DNA from: Eledone cirrhosa
Lineage: Eukaryota
Length of the DNA: 64,000 bases
Assembly (NCBI GenBank): GCA_964016885.1
Contig: OZ024740.1
Coordinates: 397,792,001 to 397,856,000 of the forward strand
Reading direction: 5' to 3'
Position 1 is the stretch's first letter. Every line of letters begins with the position of its first letter. The notes below the pieces were generated by a model. The model had not been told where the DNA came from. It saw only the letters and a program-made list of their open reading frames with translations, and ran no database searches. Shown here piece after piece: positions 39,445-51,960 of the stretch. The position numbers and the translations under genes were made by a program.

Positions 39445-39510
39445 TATTTTATCTGATGAGCACGTACTGTTGAAATAGCTCAGTACCTCTGAAATATGTA
39501 TAATAAAATA
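39445..39510 (+). ncRNA. Minimal type I hammerhead ribozyme (Penelope type)
   Basis: UAUUUUAU CUGAUGA ..GUACUG loop CAGUAC.. GAAA U AUGU A UA AUAAAAUA. Confidence 0.72.
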
Positions 39511-39647
39511 TACTTGATCACATAAATGTCTATATTTGTTAATATTTTGAATTAATATTAATAACTCCGGAAAACCATTACTGTGGAGTGCTTCTAATCT
39601 ATTGTGAAACTTTATTCATTGATTTATTCATTGAACCGTGTTTAACC

Positions 39648-39679
<32 letters not shown>

Positions 39680-41430
39680 AATGAACTAACTCTCTACCTA
39701 TACCTTGCTGGGATGGCTAATTAGGCTGATTATTCTGTAGTTCTGGCAGAGTCTTAAGTTTTCGTTTTTTGGGGAATGAGTAGCATCAGTGATTGGGTCC
39801 ACAACTTTGGCCACCTTATTGTTACCAATGTCTTCTGACAGATATCAGTGCCTTGGTAAGTTTTGGCCTTTCATGTTTTATGAGATCAGATGGAATGTTA
39901 TTGACTCCTCGCGATTTACCATTTATGAGTGTGCACTGCCTCTTCACCTTCCTCCTGGAGAATTGGAGTATCCTTGGTGTGTTGCTTTCTTTTTATTAGT
40001 ATTTTGAGGGTTTCATAAGCATCCTTCCTCTTTTTATTCCAGCTTCGGTGTTTTTGCACTAGTCTGATATTCACTTCACTTTAGCTTCCCTCATTTCCTT
40101 CCTGACCCTCCTGTTCACAGCGTTGTATTGTTGTCTTGCCTCCTGGTCTTCCTCAAGTCACATCTTAAATCACATAAGTCCAAGATACCATCAGTGACTC
40201 ATGGTTTCCTTTTTCTTCTCTTTCTCCCCAGCACTTCTAAAGCTGTTTCATGAAGTGCTTCCTTGGTGTTGTTGGTTAAGTAGTTAATATCTTCTAGAAG
40301 GATGCGGTCAGCAAACCTGCAGCCTACGTTCTCCTCAAACATTACTACAACCCTAGGATCTCTTAGTTTGTCAGCATCAAATTTGATATACGTGGCCCCA
40401 TTTATCATGGATCTTTTTCAGTTTAGTGCTATCACAAACCAAATCATGACCACTGTCAACATCTGCACCAGGGAAAGTCCTAGTACTGGCCTTATTGATA
40501 CTTGACTTGAACTTTTGAGGTGCGTTCTGCCATTGGGTGTATACTATGTTGTTCTTCATGAGGTCTTGTGTGGGAAGAATATGCTGGCTAGGGTCAGCTT
40601 GTGAGTTCTAGCGAATTCTAGTAGGTAGAGTGCACGATGGTCTGTTTCTCCAATCCTGAATCATCCTATTATCCCAGTCCATTGGTCGTATGCACCCGAG
40701 CCTACTTTGGCATTTTAGTCTCAGTTTCCTCAGAGGATGAGGATGCCTTTTTTTAGGAGCCCTCCTGATGATTTTCTTCAGGTCTTCATAGAACGTTTCA
40801 ACAACATCGTCACAATTTCATGATGGTAATGTTCTGTGGTCTTGCAACCAAACGCTTGGTGATGGATCTGCTTCATACAAGCGTACAGCTGATGAGTGAG
40901 CTCACTCTAGCTTTATTAACGATGAAACCTACACCATGTTCGTGATAGGTGTCACCCTCACTGTACCACACGTTGTGGCCTTCATCTGAAGCTGTCTCAC
41001 TAAATCCAGTCCACCTGACTTTAACCAGCCTTAAGATATCCCATATGTATCTGGCAAGTCCTTCCACAAGCATATAATGTGCAGTCGTTTCATGTCTGAA
41101 AGACAGTATTTTCTTCTGAAAGGTTGATGGTTCTTGAAGTGGGTGTCATTGTCATTGTTGTCGTCGTCCCAGTTGCACATTGGTCACCTTCACTCAAGGA
41201 AATAACTGTCGAGAGCGTCGTCTTTAGTTTTCCGGGCCTCGACCGATCCGGCATGTTATTTGACTGTTCGTCTATTCTGACTGTTCTGACCTTTCAATGG
41301 GCCTTAGAATACTTGGCAGTGCATATCTTCCTCTCCTTCATTATGTTTAGCCTGCCAATGAAAGCAGTCTCCAGGATGTGGTTGAAAAACGTTTTTTGGA
41401 GCCAATAGCCAATACTGAAAGGTGAGAACC
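39680..41430 (-). mobile_element. Degraded RTE-clade LINE (APE endonuclease to start of RT)
   Basis: WDILRLVKVRWTG, HEHGVGFIV, TRTFPGADVDSGHDLV and LEVLGRKRRKRKP fragments. Confidence 0.8.
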
Positions 41431-41496
41431 AATGTTACCGTCCAACCCTAAGGATGCCACTGCCGGACATCAAGGTACTATCGCTACCCGAATACT

Positions 41497-41601
<105 letters not shown>

Positions 41602-41638
41602 TATTGCAACGTTTTTCGAAATATTCACTTCTGCGTTC

Positions 41639-41713
41639 ACAGATTGATTTTTTTAGTTTCAGAAGATCCCGTTAAGGGTGAAAGCAGCGATTCTTTGCTT
41701 AAACTTTAATCTG
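41639..41713 (+). ncRNA. Degenerate type I hammerhead (CAGAAGA core)
   Basis: ACAGAUUGA..AGUUU CAGAAGA uCCC guuaa GGGu GAAA GCA..UGC UU AAACU UUAAUCUGU. The 3' half is repeated at 3206-3251. Confidence 0.55.
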
Positions 41714-41740
41714 TTATTTTAATAAACACACACACACACA

Positions 41741-41840
<100 letters not shown>

Positions 41841-42611
41841 AATATATATATCATCATCATCTGCTGAGGAAATAATTAGAACATTCAAGGTAACCAGACG
41901 TACATGTGAATTCTAATTGAAAAAGGCTCTAACAGAAATATATCAAAAAGTCAAGGTCCATTCTGAAATGATTACAAAATATAAAGTGACGAACCAAGAT
42001 ATATGAACAGATAGATAGAAAGCCTGGATTTGATGACCTGAACTCCACGATATTGGCCTGAACATGTACGCGCACACATACCTACCTATCCTCCACGTCC
42101 CTCAGATCGAACTCCAAATCGCTAGGATGGTGGACGATTGCGTTAACTATTACGCTAAAGTACCGTCTGGAATTGATGGTCAGCGGCTCTTAAGCGAAGT
42201 AATTAACATAATCACTCGGCATCCGAGAGGTGTGAGGTTTACCTTTTAGGCACCTCTGTCTATTTTATTCCGTCTCCAGAAGTACCTTGCCCGATTTTCT
42301 CAAATTTCATTTATAGAGTACGACTATTATCTTGGTCATTTGCATTAGAACGCAGACATTTAAAATTGCCCCAATGCCTCTGGTTATACACTTGAAATAT
42401 TCTTCTGAAAAGAGGGAATTATTGTCCTGCGGCTCTTTACCATAGTGGTTAACGCAATCGGCCGGCATCTGAGAGATGCGTGGTTTCATTACTCTGCCCA
42501 TTTTTTCCACCTCCAGAGGTACATTACTCGATTTTCTTAACTATTATTTGTAGTGATCGACTATCATTATGGTCATTTCTGTTTGGACGCATACATTTCA
42601 TATACATACAT

Positions 42612-42700
<89 letters not shown>

Positions 42701-42725
42701 ACCCGGTAACTTACCACACCTTCAT

Positions 42726-42769
<44 letters not shown>

Positions 42770-42770
<1 letters not shown>

Positions 42771-42990
42771 AAAGAGGGCGTGGTAAGATACCAGGTGTAC
42801 CATAGCGCACCAGAGTACTCAATACTTAGGGTAGTAGAGTGGGTAATAGGAAAAGAATCAGGACCCCGACGGCTGAGCTCTGGCCGTTTCGACAGCTAGA
42901 TCCGAACTAAGCCACCACTGGTAGCTTAGTTCGGATCTAGCTGTCGAAAGTTCGGAGATCAGCCGTCGGGGTCCTGACTCTTTCTCTCTA
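42770..42990. mobile_element. Penelope-type terminal fragment with about 135 nt fold-back palindrome
   Basis: tcaggaccccgacggctgagctc..tttcgacagctagatccgaactaagc / gcttagttcggatctagctgtcgaaa..tcagccgtcggggtcctga. Confidence 0.7.
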
Positions 42991-43039
42991 TATATATATA
43001 TGAAATGTATGCGTCCAAACAGAAATGACCATATATATA

Positions 43040-43114
<75 letters not shown>

Positions 43115-43206
43115 CTACTTCACTCCTACTTAGCAAAATATATACCTCTTTTCATCATTGAATAACTAGACTGATGCACTGTTAAATATAATCTTGTTCA
43201 ACTACA

Positions 43207-43422
<216 letters not shown>

Positions 43423-44077
43423 TACCTTGTATTCTCTCTTACGCCCACCCCTATCACCCTCAGGCTCACTCAGATGCGCGCGTTTTGAAAACAGTTTGGA
43501 GTTAAGGGTGTAAGGTTAGCGTTCCCAGTTCCCCATACACCCAGACATAGCAGGTGTGAGCCTGATGGGGTGTTTGGTTGTCTGTCTTTGCTGCTGGCTT
43601 GCTTCCACGCGTGCGTGCGTTCGTTGGTCGGCTTGTGTGCTCCACATTGTGTGTGTGTGTTTGTATTCATTTGTCTCCATGTGTGTTTATGCAAGTTTGC
43701 AAGTGTCTTGGCGAGCGTGTACAAGCATGTGGTTGTGTGAATGCTAAGTTGCGGCATATGTGTGGGTCTGTATGTACGTGAAAAAGTGTTTATGTGTGCG
43801 AAATGTATTTGTTTATGTCAGAGTGTGCCTTATATGTGGCTACATGCCCGCATATCAAGCCAAATGTGTACTAAAGCTAACATGCACGTTAAAGCGTGCG
43901 ATCACGGTAATGTTTACATGTTTATTAATGTGATTGCCGTCTGCGTCTGTATACATACATACATACATACATACATACATACATACATACATGATGGCTG
44001 CCCCCTCGTTATCGAGTATGGCCATTGCACGAAAAAAACATAATAACGACAATAATAATAATAATAATAATAATACT

Positions 44078-44136
<59 letters not shown>

Positions 44137-44137
<1 letters not shown>

Positions 44138-45825
44138 TTGGGAGGCGTGAAGATCAAGAGAGGTATCTTCCAGGGAGATAGTCTGTCCCCTCTGTTGTTT
44201 GTCCTTGCCCTGATGCCCCTGACCATTATACTGCGAAAAGTGAGCGCAGGATACAAGTTGGGAAAGGGAGAGCTTACCATCAATCACCTCCTCTTCATGG
44301 ACGATCTTAAGCTCTTCGGGAAGAGCGAGAAGGAGTTGGATGTACTTGTTGACACTGTCCGTATTTTCAGCAATGATATATGTATGCAATTTAGTATTAG
44401 TAAGTGTGGAGTCCTAGTGATGAGGAGGGGTAAATTGAGCAGAAGCAACGGAATCCAGGTACCAACAGGTGAGATGATAAAGGAAATTGACACTGAAGAA
44501 GGATACAAGTATTTGGGTGTTCTGGAGGCTGATGACATCAAGAACAAAAAAATGAAGGAATTGATAAGAACTGAATACATTCGGAGAGTAAGGAGCGTAT
44601 TAAAGTCACATCTGAACAGTAGGAATACCATAAGTGCAGTAAATTCCCGAGCTGGTCTATTATTAGGTACAGTGCGGGAATTCTGAGATGGAATGTTGCT
44701 GAACAAAAAGAAATGGATAGGAAGACTAGGAAATTATTGACTATCTACAACATGTTCCACAAGAGGAGTGATGTCGATAGACTCTACTTAAGGAGATCTG
44801 AAGGTGGAAGAGGTCTTATCAGCATAGAGGACTGTGTTCAGATGGAGAAAAACAACCTACACAAATACGTGACTGATAGTTAGGAGCCAATGCTCAGAAC
44901 TGTACTGAAGGAGAGGACAATAGACCAGGGAATGTCCAGGGAGGAAATAACAACAAGGAGAAAGAGCAGCCTTCAGGAAAAATCCCTTCATAGTACCTTC
45001 TTTGAGAAAACTGAATTCAGAGATCCACAGACATGGAACTGGTTGAAAAGAGGAGACCTTAAAAAGGCTACAGAAGGAATGTTAATGGCTGCGCAAGAGC
45101 AGGCCCTCAAAACGAAGTGGTTTAAACACCATATTTACAAGGAGGAGGCTAGCCCACTCTGCAGGATCTGTGGAGAGAGAGAGGAGACTGTGGCTCACAT
45201 TGTATCCGAGTGTAAACACCTAGCCCAGACTCACTATAAGGGCTGGAGACATGATGTGATGGGCAGGGTGAGCCACTGGCACCTATGCAAAGTAAACAAT
45301 TTACCACATTCTGAGAAGTGGTATGAGCATAAGCCAGAGTCAGTGATAGAAAACGATCAGGTGAAAGTGCTGTGGGATTTTAGGATACAGACGGACAACA
45401 AACTGGAACACAATAGACCTGACCTGGTGGTTGTGGACAAAGAAAAAAGATCGTGCCTGATTATGGATGTGGCCTGCCCATTCGACACGAGAGTGCAAGA
45501 GAAGGAGAGAGAGAGAAAATTAACCGATACCAGGACTTAAAGTGGGAGGTAAAAAGGATTTGGAACTGCCATGAAGTCAAAGCGGTCCCGATTGTCATAG
45601 GCGCACTAGGTACTATTTCAAAAAGTTTCCAGGGATGGTTAAAAAAAATTGGCCCCTTCACGCTTTTTGGAACGCTTCAAAAGGCATGCTTGCTGGGAAC
45701 AACAAGAACCCTCCGATACGTCCTGAATATCTGAGGCTGCAGGTAGTGGCTTGATACTCATTTCAACAAACTTTCCAGTTAACTAACATCAATGACTGAG
45801 ACTCAAAGAACAATAATAATAATAA
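44137..45825 (+). mobile_element. 5'-truncated R4/Dong RLE retrotransposon in (AAT)n
   Basis: GIFQGDSLSP, FMDDLKL, YKYLG, CRIC..HIVSEC, RHD, RPDLVVVDKEKRSCLIMDVACP, PIVIGALG; (AAT)n on both sides. Confidence 0.92.
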
Positions 45826-46120
45826 TGATTTCTTTATTAACCACAAGGGTTTACATAAAGTAGACATTAAGGACAGTACAGGACAATACAGGACGGTACA
45901 AATGGGCATTTCTGCGTGTAAAAAAAACAAAAAGAGAGGATGTAACAAAAAAATAACAAAGAAAAATTCCCCAATAGGGGGGAGAATCCGAGGGACATTT
46001 GTGGAGAAAGCCCATTAAAAGGCCACAGTGACCCTGACCACCAGGGCAAGTGCCCTCTCCCAGTTTTCCACCTTTAATTTACAGACACATGCTCAGAGTA
46101 GGCCCATTCACTCGGGCCAT
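45826..46120 (-). mobile_element. Tx1 LINE extreme 3' end
   Basis: Homologous to 700-1050 (cccttgtg..aataaagaaat, ccccctattggg) and to 26190-26220 (gcccattcactcgggccat). Confidence 0.75.
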
Positions 46121-46302
46121 AATAATAATAATAATAAGAAGAAGAATAAAAAGAAGCGAGGAAGGTATCAAAAGATATAAATAGACTGGGTTGGTGACTC
46201 GGTCAAACAGCTAACAACAACAACACCAAAATAATTATGTTGTATCTCTAAACTCTCTCAAAATGTTTAGTTTAAACGATGTCAAATCTAAACTATAATA
46301 TA

Positions 46303-46610
46303 ATTGTTTCTACAATAGGCACAAGGCCAGCAATTATCCCAGTGTATTACTGGTACTTTAATTTATCGACCCCCGTTAGGATGAAAGGCAAAGTTAACTT
46401 CGACGGGATTTGAACTCAGAATGGCTCAGAAGGGCCGTAACTCTATGCGTCAAAGCATGGCGTCCGACCCTCTACCGATACTGCCAATTCACCGCCCTTT
46501 GTCTAAACTATAATATAATAATAATAATTGTTTCTGCTTTTGGCACGGGGCCAGCAATTGTCCCAGTGTGTTGCAGGTGCTTTGTTGTGTCGGCTCCGTA
46601 GGGATGAAAG
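46303..46610 (-). mobile_element. SINE family A, one full and one partial copy
   Basis: Consensus match. Confidence 0.88.
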
Positions 46611-46734
46611 AAAAAAAAAAAAAAAAATGATAAGCAACAAGTCGAAAAATTATAGAACAGAACACAGACAGAAGCAAACGCAACAACAAACACAAATTTC
46701 AAAAGTTTTGAACACAACAACCCCTACTTCCCTT

Positions 46735-46824
<90 letters not shown>

Positions 46825-46860
46825 AGCAGCAGCAGCAGCAGCAACAACAACAACAACAAC
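46735..46860. repeat. (CAG)n/(CAA)n microsatellite
   Basis: Direct reading. Confidence 0.95.
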
Positions 46861-47019
46861 ACTAGTAACCGATGTTACTGGCCTTGTAAAACGAAAAACG
46901 CAAAGGTAAAAAAAACAAAAAAACCTAAGTCACACATTCAAACATTACAATGAAACTTATGTTTATTTTTGTTTTTTTAAAGTTTTTATCTATTTATTTG
47001 TTTATTTATTTATGTTCGT

Positions 47020-49312
47020 CTACAGCGTGATGGTGCCACGCTAAAATCACCGGGGGTGATGAAATCTCTGGGGGTGATGAAATTACCGGTAGTTATGTAA
47101 CCATACATTTACTAATCCTCGATATGAGTGTTTAAATGTCGAACCTAAACAGTTCGAATAACGGTGAAGTGGAGACTGGAATGTCATGTGACAGACTCTC
47201 ACCCAGCAGGTGCTCCCTGGCCCAGCAGCAGGAACCGGGCTGTCATCCAAATACTGCTGGTGTTGGAGGAAGAAGAAGAAGGAAAGGGACCAGAACCAAC
47301 TGGACGAAAGAATTGAATAGAACTGTTATGCAATGTTACCTGAAGAGTAACCCCAAGGAAAAAGGGTATAGGAAACGGATGCATAACATCTGGAACGAGA
47401 TTGGTCTATTTAAATTAGATGAACAAAAAATGGCCGGGCAGGCTCGGGTAATAAGAACTAATGGGTGGATAAGCGAGCTGGAACTGGAGGAACTGAGCAG
47501 AGAGATTAGGTTGGAAATGGAGAGTGGAGTATGCCAGGCAAACGAGCCAGTGGGAAATGAAGGTGAAGAGGTTGAGAGAACGGAGGAAGCATCCGAAGCA
47601 GACAATGATCTGAATGCTGAAATAAATAATACCTGGAACAAAGATACGGCCATTGAGGAAATGAATGCTGACGGGCTAGGACAAGATTTGGTTGATATCC
47701 TAAATTTAGTGGTAGATGAAATGAACAATGATAGTGGGAAACTTATGAACCTAGGATTTGTAGACAGGAAAAAGTTAAAAGAAACAACAGTTAAGGTAAA
47801 CAAAGTCATCCCATGCCTTGAGGCGAGGAGCCTTCACCAGTGCAACAATATCCTCAAAGCAACAACAAATGTGGTGAGGAAATTACTTGGCAGAACAGCG
47901 AGAGGAAACAACAAACAAGAAAGATCAGAACCTTGGTGGAAGAAACGACTGAATGGTCAAATCAGGGAAATAAGAAATGACATTGGAAAGCTTGAGTCCC
48001 TACTGAATGGGACACTAAAAAACATAGACACTAAAAATAGACTGGAAATAAAGTACAAAACTAGGAGGAAAAAGCTAAATATTATCATAGAGGAACTGAA
48101 GCAACACATTGTAGCAAATAGTGCAAAGATTAGGCGATACGAGAGCAGAGTCAGTCAGTATAGACAGAACCGCATGTTTGACAACAAACAGAAGATGTTG
48201 TTTGGACAGCTTGAAGGGAAAGAAAGAGGCAACGACTTGATCCCTGAGGCGGAACAAACTAAGACATTCTGGAGAGGAATATGGGAGCAGGATGTTAAAC
48301 ATAATGACGAGGCAGTGTGGATTGAGACAGTACAAAAGGAGATTAGTCAACAGACACACCAACAAACTGATTTGAATATCACAGTTGAAACTCTTAAGGG
48401 GCAGGCCAAAAAACTAACCAACTGGAAATCATCAGGCCCAGATGGTGTGCAGGGATATTGGATTAAAAATATAACATCCCTCCACCCGAAACTGACAACC
48501 ATGTTCAATGACTGCTTGATGTCAGGTGAGGTACCAGAGTGGTTGACAAAAGGTACCACAGTTCTGGTAATGAAAGACCGAATCAAGGGTAATGATGTTA
48601 CCAACTATAGACCTATCACATGTCTGTCCGTAATGTGGAAACTGTTAACAAGCATTGTGTCTGAGGAAATCTACCATCACCTCCACATAAACAACTTGTT
48701 ACCGGACGAACAGAAAGGATGCCGAAAGAAGTCCCGTGGTACAAAGGACCAGTTACTTATTGATAAGATGGTAATGAGGAATTGCAAGAGGAGACACACT
48801 GGTCTTGCCATGGGATGGCTAGACTACAAAAAAGCATTCGACATGGTACCTCATTCTTGGATCACCAAAAGCCTAGAGATCTTCAAGGTGGCAGATAACA
48901 TCAGACAGTTGTTGAGCAAAAGTATGAAGTCCTGGAAAACAGAGTTAACATCGGCTGGAGAATCCTTGGGAGGCGTGAAGATCAAGAGAGGTATCTTCCA
49001 GGGAGATAGTCTGTCCCTTCTGTTGTTTGTCCTTGCCCTGATACCCATGACCATTATACTGCGAAAAGTGAGAGCAGGATACAAGTTGGGAAAGGGAGAG
49101 CTTACCATCAATCACCTCCTCTTTATGGACGATCTTAAACTCTTTGGGAAGAGTGAGAAGGAGTTGGATGTACTTGTTGACACTGTCCGTATTTTCAGCA
49201 ATGATATATGTATGGAATTTGGTATTAATAAGTGTGGAGTCCTAGTGATGAGGAGGGGTAAATTGAGCAGAAGCAACGGAATCCAGGTACCAACAGGTGA
49301 GATGATAAAGGA
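47020..49312 (+). mobile_element. R4/Dong retrotransposon 5' portion (N-terminus + RT), 3'-truncated
   Basis: About 725 uninterrupted codons from 47136: WTKELN..CY, PWWKKRL, NWKSSGPDG, YRPITCL, EQKGC, DYKKAFD, GIFQGD, FMDD. 48967-49311 nearly matches 44137-44482. Confidence 0.92.
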
Positions 49313-50459
49313 GACGAGCTGTGGGAAAACGTGCCTGGCGAACGGCGACCACACCTGTTCACCGTCAAGGAAGCACCAGAGATGTCGCACCCTCAGCGCA
49401 TGTTTGTGCATCATCAGCCATGGCATGCCCAGTCCTCCACGCAACGTCTGGATCGTCTGACCATGGGAGCGCGTCCCTTCCACAAAAAGCAGAAGAGGAG
49501 GCGCTCCCTTTTGGTGAGAGTTGGGCTGGAGCAAGGGACGACGGTGAGGCGGTAGCAGATGACGGATGCGATGTACGCATTCGCCACCTCCGCCCGGCCT
49601 TTCAGGTACAGCTTCCTCTCGGCCCATTTCTGGGTGAGGGAGACCACCCTGCTCGTCACCTCGTTCCAGTTTTTCTCCATCTGGAGGTCCGGTCCGAACC
49701 AGACCCCGAGCAATTTAACCGGTCCGTCCGTCCAACGCCCCACGACGCTGTCGGACGGCATGGACTTGCCTCTCCAGGTGCCGAGCTGCAAGCCCACCGA
49801 CTTTTCCTGGTTTATCTTTGCTCCTGTCACCGCTTCGTATTCCTTGAGAGCGGTGCAGAGCATCTGGACGTGTCTGGTGCTCGACATCACCACGGTGACG
49901 TCGTCGGCGTAAGCCGACTCAGATTTCCCGCATCCTAGTTCGCGTGGGACGCCCCTCATAGCCCCCAGTTTGTGCAGTAACGACTCGAGAGCCAATACGT
50001 ACAAGAGGGACGAGAGGGGACAACCCTGGCGGACTGAGCGCATGATGCTGAACGGCTGCGACAGGTGACCGTTCACCCTCACAACTGAGCAGATGTCGCA
50101 GTACATTGCTGCGATCCAACCCCTGAAAACGGGCCCGAAACCGGCTGCCTCGAGGACCGAATGCTTTGGATTGATCCAAGTTGATCAGGGCCCCACCCGT
50201 GCCAGGTTCCTTAACCACCTTCTCTATGATATATCGCATGAGGTGGAGGTTGTCGTGTATGGATCTGTCCGGAAGTGCGCATGTCTAGCCTCTCCCACCA
50301 GACCCTTGACGACAAGCGCCAACCTCGTTGCTAACACCTAGGCCAAAATCTTGAACTCTGCGTTTAGCAGGGTTATGGGCCTGAAATTATCGATAACATC
50401 CCCCTTGTTCGGGTCTTTTCTCAGCAGGGCCACTGCTCCCCGGCTCACAAAACTGGGAA
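49313..50459 (-). mobile_element. Internal Tx1 RT fragment fused to the Dong copy
   Basis: RQGCPLS, YADD, VKLLGVWFG and GGLGMPWL; homologous to 26945-28110. Confidence 0.9.
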
Positions 50460-50476
50460 TGATAATAATAATAATA

Positions 50477-50566
50477 ATTGTTTCTACTATTGGCACAAGG
50501 CCAGCAAATTACCCAGTGCATTACTGGTACTTTATTTTATCGACCCCGTAAGGATGAAAGGCAAAT
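50477..50566 (-). mobile_element. SINE family A, 3' half
   Basis: Consensus match. Confidence 0.85.
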
Positions 50567-50792
50567 TCACATTTGTTTTTATCCACATTTATTTTTATAT
50601 CGAATAAATAAAATTTAAAAAACATCCCCTCTATTTCTGTGTATGCAATTGACCGTAAAATTGTAAAGTAAAAATACGGATTATAGAATATATTAAGAAT
50701 TTCTTACCTTCTCCAATAAAAAAGATCTTGTGAAATATACACATTCACAAAATAGCAGTAATGAACTTCGGTTTTCACACTCAATATATATA

Positions 50793-50839
<47 letters not shown>

Positions 50840-51189
50840 GCGTGCGTGTATACATGATGATGATGACTGCCATAGCCAAACACATAACGCTAGGGCTTGT
50901 GAGGCGAGCAGGGAAATACTCAGCGATACCAATGCAAGCAATAGCCAGACACACAATGCTAGAGCTTCGAAGCCGAGCTCTAGCTGTGGCTCCGTGGCTC
51001 TATAGCTTCCTTTGGCTTCGCTGTGCTAAAGCACCGCTCGCCTTGGAAGCTCTAGTTGTGGATCTGTGGCTATAGATTCCTCGGCTTCGCCGTGAAGAAG
51101 AATTCTTTTGCTTCTCATTTTGCCAACTAGAAGAAGGTAGAGCTTCCATGGTGAACGGTGCTTCTGCTACATTCTACCTTCTTCTAAGT

Positions 51190-51470
51190 TATATGAATAT
51201 GAAGAGAGTGTCCAAGCGCAGAAATGCTTTAAAGATTGCTTATAAAATAAGGTGAAGTCTCTTAAAAGACGGAAAAAATATTTGCCAGCGACCGCTATGA
51301 AGAATTGACCCCCATATTGTCCAGATATCTTCTAGCCGCTATCTGGAAAATATGGGGTTCAATTCCTTATACGGTCGTTGGCAAATTCTTTTAAGGTTGT
51401 TCATTCTATTCTACAGGCTATCTATACAGCATTTCTGCGCTTAAGCACTTTCTTTATACTTATATAATTA
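51190..51470 (+). repeat. About 280 nt imperfect rod-like hairpin
   Basis: aagcgcagaaatgct/agcatttctgcgctt, tttgccagcgaccg/cggtcgttggcaaa, ccccatatt/aatatgggg. Confidence 0.85.
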
Positions 51471-51617
51471 TATATATTCTTATCGCTTCAAAAGCCAAAA
51501 ATTGGGTTTCCTATATTACATTATATATATATATATAATTGGGCTTCCTATATTACATTATATATATATATAAAATTGGGTGTCCTATATTACATTATAT
51601 ATATATATATATATATA

Positions 51618-51960
51618 AATGTATGTATAGTATATTTGGCAATATACCGTATGTTTAATTAAAAACATTTAGAAGACCATACGCTATCAGTTTTAAAGTA
51701 GTGACTATGTCATTTACTTATTTTCGGCGAAAGAAGGGAGAGAGGTTGACAGTCTGTTTCACGCTGGTTGGCGTTCATCAGAACCACGCACTCCCCTACT
51801 TCTGCCGAAAATTATAGAAGCTGGATTCTTATAGAATTTCCGTAATAATCAGGAGCTGATTATACAGAGCGATTGCCGGTACAGCAAAAATTAGGAATTA
51901 GGATTGGTGCTCTGAAATAGCGATGTATACATGAATGTATGTATAGTATATTTGGCAATA
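51618..51960 (-). mobile_element. Candidate non-LTR retrozyme monomer (316 nt) with terminal redundancy
   Basis: 27 nt direct repeat aatgtatgtatagtatatttggcaata at 51618-51644 and 51934-51960 encloses a canonical hammerhead; no ORF. Confidence 0.55.
51721..51811 (-). ncRNA. Canonical type I hammerhead ribozyme
   Basis: GGUU CUGAUGA ACGC caacca GCGU GAAA CA gac UG UC AACC. Stem I extends through an internal loop (GGGAG/CUCCC, UUUUCGGC/GCCGAAAA). GUC site. Confidence 0.9.

Larger units (their letters stand above)
37320..39650 (+). mobile_element. Highly degraded AT-rich Penelope-like remnant with internal inversion
   Basis: NCNLCT...LINKKSELFSNCLHK at about 37630-37730 matches the GIY-YIG C-terminus of 54094-54747. 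37412-37602 is inverted at 38544-38747. A hammerhead lies near the 3' end. Confidence 0.6.

Noticed and set aside
46528-46953. Poly-Ser/Gln ORF suggesting a host exon
   Set aside because: It begins in a SINE and consists of a (CAG)n microsatellite
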